A DNA stretch of 64,000 nt from Catajapyx aquilonaris (taxonomy: Eukaryota), in the NCBI GenBank assembly GCA_000934665.2, contig JYFJ02001035.1, forward strand, positions 1-64,000. The letters run 5' to 3'. The notes beneath the pieces were generated by a model, which searched no databases, had not been told where the DNA came from, and worked only from the letters and a program-made list of their open reading frames with translations. The translations under genes were made by a program, and so were the position numbers. Positions within the stretch are counted from its first letter, which is position 1. Each line of letters begins with the position of its first letter. Below are positions 1 through 10,700 of this stretch, in pieces.

Positions 1-656
1 GCCATCTGTCGCATGGTGGGGCCAAGTATTCGGTGGTCCGCTGCGTTTGACACGGGTGGGGAGAAGAGCTTTAGTTATCCTTTCCATCTGCTACATCGAC
101 CATGCAAACATGTGCTTTAATTAAAAGTGCACTCGGGGTCACACCCCTTTTTTTTCGAACCCACCAATCAGCTCATAAAGGGGGAGGGGCGTAGGGATTG
201 GGTGGAATTTCCCGCCGATTCGATCCGATGATTAGATCCCGAGCAGGGAAATCAATGGCATGTGATGAAATGAAAATTGGAGTAGGAGGCTGTGAATCTG
301 TTTGGGGATTTTAGACCTCCTCCCCCCCCCCCCCACCCCCCGTCCCTGCTACTGATTATCCATTAATACTGTGGGGGCATGACACCCCCCCCCCCCAGCT
401 CCCAGCTCCCAGCCACCCACCGAATCTCACTCCCAAACAAGTGATAAATCATTTAAATCGGGCGGACACATCCACGGGGAGGGTTTACTTGCTTCAGCGA
501 TTTGGGTGCAAAACCAAACACAAGGGTCACTTCCCTGAAAAGCTTTTGGCACGTCTGGTGCAGTATGCGTGGTTTCATCTGCAGCGTGCAATGTTGTCAG
601 CCGTAGTATAGAGTTACCCCCGGATGCACCATGTGAGCAATGTTTTCTCGATGCAG

Positions 657-3600
657 GTTCGAAACCCAAAGCTGCTGGGATGGGCGGTGGTGGAGCTGCA
701 GGAGGGCAAGGTATCCCTGACCCATTAAATGCACTGCAGAATTTGGCCAGACAAGGTGGGTGTCAACGACAATGCATCGGCTACAATAATGCGTCATTTC
801 TTCCTCAGGGTCGACTGCTCCAGGGCAGATGATGAACGTACAGCAGGGGCAGCCGGGGATGATGATGGGCATGGGACAAGTTCCAGGACAGATGCAGGGC
901 CAGATGGGAGGTCAGATGCCGGGTCAAATGGGAGGCCAAATGGCAGCGCAGATGCAAGGGCAGATGCAAGGGCAGATGCAAGGGCAGATGCAAGGACAGA
1001 TGCAGGGTCAGATGCAGGGTCAGATGCCAGGCCAAATGCAGGGACACGGGCAGATGCCAGGGCAAATGCAAGGACAGATGCAAGGGCAGATGCAGGGTCA
1101 GATGCAGGGTCAGATGCCAGGTCAGATGCAAGGGCAAATGCAGGGGCAAATGCAGGGGCAAATGCAGGGACAGATGCCGGGGCAGATGGGAGGGCAGATG
1201 CCAGGTCAAATGCCCGGACAGATGGGAGGACCAGTGGTGGGTCAGCCCAGCCCAGCACAGTTGCAGGCTCTTCAGCAGCTCCAGCAACAGCAGCAGCAGC
1301 AAGGATTGCAGATTAATCTGCAGCAGCAAGGTCAAGGTAATCAAGCAGCAAAAAAATTCAGATTTCATATTTTAATGCCCTTGTTGTACCTACAGTTCAG
1401 CCTGGCATGGGACCACGTGGAATGACCATGGCCAACATGCAGGCCCTTCAGAACAAATTGGCAGCGCAGAATTCTATGGGAATGGGTGGACCTCCGGTGA
1501 GCCGTGTGTTTAATTCATTAGCTACATGTTGCTAGACAACTGGTCAGTGTATTTGTGTGTTAGACAAGTGATCATTACTGCTGCCATGCAGTGAGATTGC
1601 TCTTATTGATCCCCTGGCCTGTAGTTCGTAAATGATCAAAATCTCTCTCATGCCGACATGTCAAGACTGAAGCTTGAATAATAAATGGATGTGTCCTTTT
1701 TTTCCCAGGGGCTCCCTGGTCAGATGGGGCCAATGAGCCAGATGGGAGGTCAGGTGAGGGGCCAGATGGGCATGCCAGGTCAAATGCTTGGTGGGCAGAT
1801 GGGTGTGTCCATGGGCAACCAAATGCCTGGTCAGATGGGCCCACAAATGTCTCAGTTGTCACAGCAGTTGCAACAGCCCAGGAAGGTGGGTAGCACTAGC
1901 TGGGCCGTCCACATCTGGTTTTTGCATGACTTTCATTTTTGATTACTTTCCAGTTCCACCCAATAATAATTTTTTACATTCTTTGGTGCATGGAGCGAAT
2001 GGGAAGGATTTTTAATATAGGCATGGTGGTTACATTACCATAGTTGCATGGTGATGGTGTGGTTTTCAAAATGTCGTACGAAACGAGGAGCATACGTCTG
2101 GCTCACTAGATTAAAAGAGCAAGTGCAAAGTGCAGTCTGTAGACACAGTGTTCAATATTGCAGTACCACTGAATAATTTCTGATTACTTGCAGGCTGTTG
2201 AAAATTTTAAAACTGTTGAAATGGAAATTGTTGCTGCATGACATTTTTCAAGTTGTATTATTGATCAGTGTTTGTTCAGTTTGGATCAATTTGTTTACAG
2301 CCGACTTATGCATTCCTTTTTTGGCATCCAATTTGGTTCTTAAAGTATGTTTTACTGTTTTATTCATCAAGCATGCAACCTTTATACCTTTTTTTTGAAA
2401 CAGCAGAAGCACTTAACTGCTTGCATTGATGAATATGAAACTAAAGCAAGAAGGTTGGTAGTTGGGTCAAGCACTGACTGTCGGGCCAAGCCACCAAGTA
2501 ACATGACGCACCAGACGTTACTTTGTTTTTATTCCCATTGGGGGATTTTTGGCTTTAAGTTGACCACACATAAAAGGAACCAACCGTGTAATATTCTTTG
2601 CTTATTTTAAAAATCCATGTCTGGTAGAAGTTGCATTTATTTATAGCGTTTTTATTTTTTAGTTTGATATGGTGGATCCAAAATTGAAAGGAAGAAAAAA
2701 TACATTGTTTTTTCCTATATAGCCAGGAGTAATGTATGGGGGTCCACCAGATGGTCCTCCACCAGGCTGTCACATGGTAGCAAATAATGGTGGTTACCTA
2801 GTCGCGGTCAACAACGCCAATAGGCTAACTCAGCAGCAGCCCTTCCCCACTTCAGCAAATCAGACCACGTTCTCCCAGGTTAGGCCACCATCCGTTTGTT
2901 TTTGTTTGTATCAACGCTTAACTCCCTTGCCTTCAGATACAATTCAGAGTATGTACTATATCGCTCAAAAAGATTGAGACAATTGTGCACTGAAACCAAA
3001 TGCAAAATAGTTTCCCATCTTTTTGAGCAATACTGTACATCACTTTCCAAAAATATATTGTTTTGCTTCTGGGTTTGTGGGATGGGGAGTTACGCAATTT
3101 AGTTGATGGTAACTGATGAGATTATACATAAGGTGATCAGGTTTTATTTTGATTATTTTTTCCGTGGCGTCTGTGTTTTGTGTCCAGTCTTTGGTTGTTT
3201 GTTGTGTCATGTGTGTGGTTTCCTAATAGCTTGTAGTGTCTAGTCATGTTTCATTTTTTTAGGGGGGGAATTTTAGAGTAGTGTGTTGTGGTGAGGTTTA
3301 ATGCTTCTTAATAAATAGCAATAACAGATAATGGTGGGAAGGACAGGAGTAACTTAACCCAAAACTATGGAAGCAAGTTATGGGCATTTAAAATTAGTTT
3401 TGTGGTCAGCAAGATTCAGTGCATTGTGCAGCAACAATTCATTCGTACATCCTATGGTACATCATATGGTAGTATAATAGCAGACGTGTAATGAGGTAGT
3501 CACTGCAAACTTGTAACAAGTAGCTATTCCAATACCATGTGTCTTATTTAGCCTTGACTTGTCAGCTTTGATAAATCCTTTACTGTAGTGATTAGAATAT

Positions 3601-5394
3601 CAATATTGTGTAAGGCTGTTGCTGCATTTGTGCTTGATTGTTGTATACCACAGTACACTTTTGATTGCTTCATTCTACAACCTTTGTTTGCCACATGCCA
3701 GGAGGGCCTGGTGATGAGCCAGGGGGGAGGTGGAAGTGGTACCAATCCTCCTACTCCTCAGTTCAGTGGGCCAGGCTCTGTGCCGAGGCAAGGGACTCCC
3801 ACCTCGTTCATAGGCCACAGTCCAAACCCTGCGTCTGTCCCTGGATCAGGGGCTTCTCCAGCACCAGCTTCCCTACCTGTCAGTGCATCTTCAAGGTAAA
3901 TGTAATGCAGGGTGGGAAGAAATTGTCAGGATATCTCATTAATTAGTCTTTCTTACAGTAACATGGCCCAGAGCCCTGCATTTGCACCATCTCCAAGCTC
4001 GCAGGTGGTACCATCTCCAGCACCACCTGGAAGCGTGCAGTCACAGGGGATGCCTTCTCAGAGGGGAGGAGGTAAGATGCCATTGCCAGTGACATCTGGA
4101 GAAGACTCGTAATATTGTTTCCATTTGCCCAGTGTACCTTCCTCCAATGGGTGGTATGGTTGGTGCCCCATCACCTGGAGCATCGTTGAACACACCTGGA
4201 CAGGCTGGGGGTCCTGCTCCCTCTCCATGCAACACCCAAGATGAGCAGGCATATCTCGACAAGGTGAAGCAGCTCAGTAGGTATATTGAGCCACTGCGAC
4301 GGATGATTGCCAAAATTGGAAATGAAGACACTGAGAAGCTCAGCAAGATGAAGAAACTGCTTGACATCCTCTCAAACCCAAACAAGAGGATGCCCATGGA
4401 AACTCTCCTCAAATGTGAGGTGGTGCTGGACAAAATGGATCTTAAGCGGGTGAGTTATAGGTTTGACAGTGTACTGCTGAGTGTTGGAGCATGAGGAAGA
4501 AAGGGAACAAACACATTTTGACTCGAGCGTTGGGTTTATTGTGACTAAAATGTTACCAAGTCTTTAGTGCAGGCATCTTTTGTCAGCCTTCAAGTCAGCA
4601 GTGTCTCGATTCTGAAGAGCTGAGAATGTGAAGCATTTGCATGTTTTATTGACGGCTGTTTCGTTCACAGGCAGTATCGTTCTCACCCTTGCAGAGCGAG
4701 AGTAGTGTTGGTCCTACAGGAAGCCACCTGTTTGGCCCCAAAGAGCAGCATGTGTACTCTCCACTTCTGGAGGTGGTGTTTGGCAACCTGAAGAGTCCCC
4801 TAATCAACCACACCCTCCAGCGAACATTTGGACCACCCCTTGAAGCTCTGTTTGGTGCCGACATCAAGCTGCCCCCACCTCCCAAAGCTCGAAAGACAGA
4901 TTCTGCTCCCGATGTTCCTCCTGCTCCCTTGTCTTCTGCTGTACCTGCTGAAGGAATCCCTGACGTCCTACAAGGGGAAATCGCACGGTTGGACCAGCGA
5001 TTTAAGGTCAACTTGGATCCCTCCCAACACCATGGCTCGACAGCCATCCACCTTGTGTGCCAGTTGGATGACAAAAAGCTGCCTTGTGTGCCTCCCATCA
5101 CTATCACTGTGCCACAAGAGTATCCGGATCGGCCTCCAACTTGCGAGGCAGCAGCCCGCGAATATGGTATGCGACTTGGTATGGTGTAACTTGATGGACA
5201 TTAACATGTTTTCTTTTTCAGAATCTACCCCTTTCCTGAAGTTGGTCCTCCAAGCCTTATCAGCCAGACTGAGCAAACTTCCACAACACTTCTCTGTATC
5301 GCAACTGCTGGACACCTGGGAAATGAGTGTGAGGCAAGCTTGCTCTCCTAGACAGACTCCAGTCAATCCATTGCTGATTGCAATGGGACTCTGA
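657..5394 (+). CDS. MED15: Mediator complex subunit 15 (5'-partial; KIX-domain exons upstream of window)
   Basis: Exons 657-755, 809-1336, 1396-1496, 1709-1885, (optional 2723-2878), 3702-3895, 3959-4071, 4133-4449, 4695-5166, 5222-5394; all introns GT-AG with compatible phases. Recognisable MED15 segments: [13 protein letters not shown]-rich region, [102 protein letters not shown]. Stop TGA 5392-5394. Confidence 0.95.
886..1227 (+). repeat. Coding 12-bp tandem repeat encoding ~28 x GQM(Q/P/G) in MED15
   Basis: Units such as GGGCAGATGCAA/GGTCAGATGCAG read directly; one GH interruption near 1042-1047. Confidence 0.95.
2723..2878 (+). other. Candidate in-frame cassette exon of MED15 (52 codons)
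   Basis: Pyrimidine tract + TAG acceptor at 2722, donor CAG|GTTAGG at 2878/2879, 156 nt, phase 0-0 matching the flanking exons, P/G/Q-rich open frame [31 protein letters not shown]. Confidence 0.6.
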
Positions 5395-5476
5395 ACCATC
5401 CATTTCCACATTCTATTTGTATATGTTAGGATATTTAAATCAAGGAAAAAAATTTTTCACAACATTTGGCATGCTT

Positions 5477-5482
5477 TTTATT
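5477..5482 (-). terminator. Probable DRG1 polyadenylation signal AATAAA
   Basis: TTTATT on + strand, about 14 nt past the DRG1 stop codon. Confidence 0.5.
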
Positions 5483-5495
5483 GAGTGATGCCATT

Positions 5496-7127
5496 TCAAA
5501 TTTTTTTGACAATTTGCACCACATCTTCGTCGTTCAGGATGTGATCCTTGCCACATTTCTGGGGCTGGTGCTTCACAGAAGAACCCCACACCAGGGAACT
5601 GTGGAAATAATGAATTAGTTCTGTTACGCTCAATTTGGAATGTCATTACATACTATTTAAACTCCTTGATGATGGATCGGTGGAGCTTGTTGCAGAAATC
5701 CTCAACACTGCATCTCTCTGAGGAAAGGACGACTGGAGACTCGTAATCTGGAAGCTGGCCTTTAGGCTTTGTGTATCTGTCAGGAGTGTAGGAATTGAGT
5801 TTAAATGATCCAACTATTTAGCTCATGCTGAATTTTGGTTTTTAGAAGTTTGAATCGATGGCCCCACAAAATGGCAACGAAGATATCGGAGCCCTTTGGA
5901 TTCCAAAATTGCAAACTCACATCCGTATCAGTTTGAGGTATTGCCACATTTTCTCCAGCAGGTCATCAAAGTTCCACTTGTGATGTGCTGAGATGGGGAC
6001 GCAATGTGGAATCCGGTAGATAATGTCCAATTCTTCAATGCTAATCTGATCTGGAATGTGGAAATGGGGGAATCAACATGTCCTGATATCTTTGGCATAG
6101 CAACAGACCTATTTTGTTGAGCAGGTAGATGCATGGGATATAGACCCTGTTTCCTTCAATTGCATCAATGAGGTCATCAGTGGAAGCATCGTACCTCAGG
6201 ATAACATCGGCATTATGGATTCGGTACTCTGCCAGGATGGACTTGACAGTGTCCAAGTCCAATTCTGACTGGGGGAATGGCGTTTGCAAGTGAATGCCAC
6301 CCTTGTCCTTCTTTCGGAACCCTATGTTGGGAGGCTGCTTGTTGAGCCGGATACCAAAACCTTCCAACTCCCGTTCGATTATTCGCTTGTGCTGGAGCGG
6401 CTTCAGAACGTCCAGCACCACGAATATTATGCTGCATGTACGGGCCACTGCAATAACTTGTCGACCTCTTCCCTTCCCATCCTTGGCACCTTCAATGATT
6501 CCGGGCAGATCCAACAGCTGGACCTGCCAATCAACATAAAATTGAACAATTTTTAAAGGATGTCTCCCATAAATACACACCTTGGCACCCTTATATTTAA
6601 TGCATCCAGGGACAGTTGTAAGTGTTGTAAACTCATATGCCGCAACCTCCGAGTACACTCCAGCCAGATTGCTGAGAAGTGTCGACTTCCCAACAGACGG
6701 AAAGCCAACAAACCCAATCCTCGCATCTCCAGTCTTTGCCACATCAAATCCTTCCCCCGCAGCGCCTCCGCCGCCCTTAGGTGTGATCAGCTCACGACGC
6801 AGCTTGGCCAAACGTGCCTTCAGCAAACCCAAATGGCCTGCTGTAGCCTTGTTTCGCTGCGTTCGAGCCATCTATGCAAGGAATAAATGTACATGTAATA
6901 TGGTAGCGATGTTATCGCTGTAAGCGGCAGTTATGCATTGTACTGATTTATTCCAAAATGTGACACTGACTTTTTATGAATCCACTCTATTATAAAAGTC
7001 TGCATGCATTTAGGCCACATGCCTAAATTCGCCAAATTTTTTGCATAACTACCCAAACTTCCAGCACCGCATATTGTATTCAAACCTCGGCCTCGATGCC
7101 AGCAATCTTCTCCAAAATAGTACTCAT
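5496..7127 (-). CDS. DRG1: Developmentally regulated GTP-binding protein 1 (128up orthologue), 367 aa
   Basis: Exons 7127-7086, 6871-6581, 6523-6109, 6050-5921, 5776-5654, 5598-5496 total 1104 nt = 367 aa + stop. [25 protein letters not shown]-terminus, G1 GFPSVGKS, G2 YEFTTL, G3 DLPG, G4 NKID, TGS-domain end [29 protein letters not shown]. Confidence 0.97.
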
Positions 7128-7650
7128 CTTCACGTCCCTTCAGAACTTCACAATTTGGATGAATCTGTCCACGTTTTCTGGCCGACATTAATAAAAAAGC
7201 AAGGCGAAAAAGATGGCCGACGATCACAATAGTGCTTAGGACCGATATGGGCTACCGCCATCTTCTGAGAAATATTTTCAACATGAGGTCAATAATATGC
7301 TGTAAATAATGTGCTGAAATATTTGTTGGTTAATTATGTAAATGTATGGTGTAGTTAATTTTTTAAATAGTGTACGGATTATCTATTGCTTTTGCCAAGG
7401 TGAAGTGGAGTCGGCCATCTTGGTCCTCTGTATCTGACCAATCACACGACGTGCAGTGATGTTGTCTATTGGCTGCTGATTGGCTGGATGTGCAGTAATG
7501 TCATCTATTGGCTGGATACAGTACTACCGGTCATGTCTAATCGATGCGGTATTTTAAGCTGAAGCAGATCCAGACGGGATAGCCAGACGTGCGGTCACAC
7601 CACCCGTTGCATCAGCACCGCACCAAATTAGGACAGTACATCATAAGGTA
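7128..7650. promoter_or_regulatory. Divergent (bidirectional) promoter region DRG1/WSB
   Basis: Start codons are ~600 bp apart, head-to-head. Four CCAAT/ATTGG boxes at 7438-7512 (partly a short tandem duplication) and three YY1/Pho-like GCCATCTT/AAGATGGC motifs (~7210, ~7257, ~7414). Probable non-coding WSB exon ends at 7647, followed by a 60-nt intron 7648-7707. Confidence 0.7.
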
Positions 7651-7724
7651 CGCTATCAGTACATTACACAAGAAATATTAATTAACCCAAAAAATTTTAA
7701 TTGGCAGTGGCAGTGTCCCAGTTG

Positions 7725-10700
7725 ATGGCAAGTTTTCGGCGTAAAACCCAGCAGGATATACGTAAGTTCTGTTTTTCGGGGGGTAGTTCAAGGCCACACG
7801 GTGGTCAAACAGAGGAAAACAAAAGTGGTATGGCCTTGGTGCTGATAGGACCACCCCTTGGTATCCACCTACCAGGAGTTGGCTCTGAGAGGGTGTGTCG
7901 TACCACTTTCGAAACGGGGCACGTGGCGTATTGACGTGACAGTTTGTTGAGTATGACGAAGTTTGGGGTACGGGTATGGAGTGGTACAGGCCAGAAGCAA
8001 GGTTAGTTAGTTGTAGTGGAGCAGTGTGCGCAGAGGTCAAAGGTTACACGAAACAGTCTTCCGGTACCAGCCACTACAGCGTACACCCCGGTGCATATAC
8101 TGTACTTTGAACTCTTATCGAAGGCTGCATAGTGAATAGGAGCCTCAAGGTCATACCTACCTTTCATATGACATTGTTTACATGTTGACTCAAGGGAGTG
8201 ACCACTCTGGCATCACTAATTAAGCCAAAATTAGCATGAGACGCACTTGGAGGACTTTGTAGGTCATCATAGTGAGTCATATATCCAGGTTGTTGACTCC
8301 AGCTGAGTTGTCTCATTGTCACTTATGAGTTATGGGCTATTCACTAGTCAGGAGACAGGAAATGGGATGCTATTACTTGAAAACTATTTTATGTAGGGTG
8401 ATAGAAAAAAAATTTGAACTAGAGCAGCGATAATAGTGGCAATAACCCCATAAATTCATTGGCAGTGGTGTAGGGGAAGTGGGACGAACTCGTATCTGCA
8501 CCAAACTCTCACTTGAACTGCGTACTTGGGCAGTGTGCCACCCTAGGGGTCACTCACTCAGGGGTTAGGAGGCCTCTGGGGCCTCGAAGCAATAGGGGCC
8601 GGTAAAAGGATGAAAATTGTTGAGTATGTGTTATTGTTCACCTGTCAGGTTATTCACACCTACAGTATGTAAGTGGCGTGTCAGTGGCGTGTCAGTGGCA
8701 TGTGTTATTGCCGTAGCTAACCTGCCTGTGGATGGAAAGTTTATGTACAGTACTAGGGTGTGTTGGGGAAAATCAATGCAAGCAGGAAGGCGATTATGAC
8801 CCATTGTGTTACGCTTGTAGTACTGCTGTTTTATATGCTGCAATAATTCGGTCACTTGCGAGCAGACTGGAATAGTTAGCATAAATAAGCATTTATTGCA
8901 TGACAGGGTATTTGTCACATACCAAGTGTTAAGTAATGTGACTGTAAAGTACAGTTTCTATTGCACTGTGGTCAAGTGTGACTATGAATAATGTTCCTGC
9001 ATTTTCAGCTGTAGCAGCCAAAGTCGGAGAGTTAAACTCGTGGGATGGTGACTTGGTGGCCCTGGGGGTCCCCGAGAAAGTCGGCCGCCAGGACTGTAAC
9101 CACGTTTGCTTCTCACCGGATGAGTCTTGCTTCGCTTGGGTCTGCCACAACCAGCGGATTATACTTGTACCTTGGAGTCGCTCTGGAAACTGCTTGTGAG
9201 TCGATCAATTTGGTGAATTTAAAGAGCATAAAACTTATGTTGATTTTGCAGGAAATGGACACCTGGAAACAGACCAAGTCCTGTTGTGATCGAATGCGTG
9301 TCACCTATCCAGTCGATTGCATTTGGTGTGGGTGCCAGCTCAGGAGATGTCAAGCAATACTGGACCCGATTCGACTGCTCCGCGCATGCATGCATTCTGG
9401 CCACTGGGCATGCCAATGGGCGCATCCGTTTATGGGACATCGAGAATGGAAAAATTCTGCTGGAACTCATGGATCATCGTGGCCCCGTCAAGGCACTGGT
9501 ATTCGCGCCGGACGGTTCGCTGCGCCTGGTATCCGCATCTGCTGATCGTACACTGAAGGTTTGGGACCTTGCTGATGATGGAAACATGATTAAGACAATG
9601 CCTGCTCTTGGCAGGGATGTGCAATGGTGTTCCTGGGCTCCCAATGCCAAGCTGTTGGCGTCAGGCGGAGCAGGAAAGATCGTAAGGCTTTTAAAATATT
9701 ATTATCAGGACACATTATATCACAGCTATTTTAGGTGTACTTGTGGAATATGAAGAAGTATGAGCTAAGCCGAAAGTTGGAAGGCCACATGAATGATGTT
9801 GTGTCTGGAGCTTTTTCACCTGACGGTGCTGTCTTGGCTACCGCTTCGTGGGACACCAAAGTCATATTGTGGGACCCAAACACAGGTGTGTACTGTTTTG
9901 CAATAGAACCAGCTTTGAAATGTGTGGGAAACGTGTGTTCTGGAGGGAGTTAAATTTTATTGTTGTGATAACGCTCTGCAGGCTGTGAAAACAAGCTCAC
10001 TGTAAATTACAAGGTAGAAGGTTTTGCAGTTTTAAGCTCTTGGCCAATGTGAAGGTGGAATGATTGGGTTTAATGGAAGCAGCCAAGGCAACTAAGGCCA
10101 TGGAGGCCGTAAGGAGAGAGGGAGAGGAAGGAGGTATCCACTCTTCAGCTGGCTCCTGAGCTCCTGGCACAAAGACCTGTCCAGCTGAGGAAGCCCTACC
10201 AGTAGCCCCGCTACAGCCGACATAGTTCGCGAGGTTGTCAGTGCAAGCAAGCCCCACTACCACATCAAGGTGGAGATACCACTGGGTGGTAAGGTGGATT
10301 GCTTCTTGGGAGGAAGGGTGACAAAAGGGGAACTGAAATTCAAGGGAATATGATTGAAAGCACAAAATACCAGAAAATAAATCAGTTATACATAAGTCAT
10401 GAAGAAAACATATGTTGCTCTTACCCATGCGTTGTACATTCCTGTTCACTGCTGAGAAGACCACCCTGTTGTGTTTTGTCTGGCATGGTACCAAACACTC
10501 ACCATTCTTTGTCTTTGTCTCAATCCTTCCCATCCTTTCCCTCCACATCATGGCTTTAGTTTGTTTCGGGACTTTCGACCACTGAGCCCGCCTCATCCTG
10601 TATTGTTTGTATTCTTAAAAGTTCTTGTTGCTATGAACTCTCAAGGATAGATGTGGTAAAACGGATGCAATTGACATGTTATAATGCTCTAGAATTAGTT

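Noticed and set aside
316..400. Long poly-C tracts (also 23505-23518 and 26136-26153, which contain N)
   Set aside because: Homopolymers of uncertain sequencing accuracy with no evidence of function.
729..1368. Three long overlapping ORFs (ADAR/ASAL/LHLP repeats) on other frames and the opposite strand
   Set aside because: By-products of the stop-free 12-bp MED15 repeat, not separate genes.
1565..1678. Possible C/D snoRNA in a MED15 intron (GTGATCA...CTGA)
   Set aside because: The C box deviates at the critical GA position and the terminal stem is weak. Other intronic TGATGA sites (~2426, ~3114, ~10803) lack a properly spaced D box and stem.
9997..10596. 199-aa minus-strand ORF in the WSB intron
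   Set aside because: No recognisable domain or gene structure.
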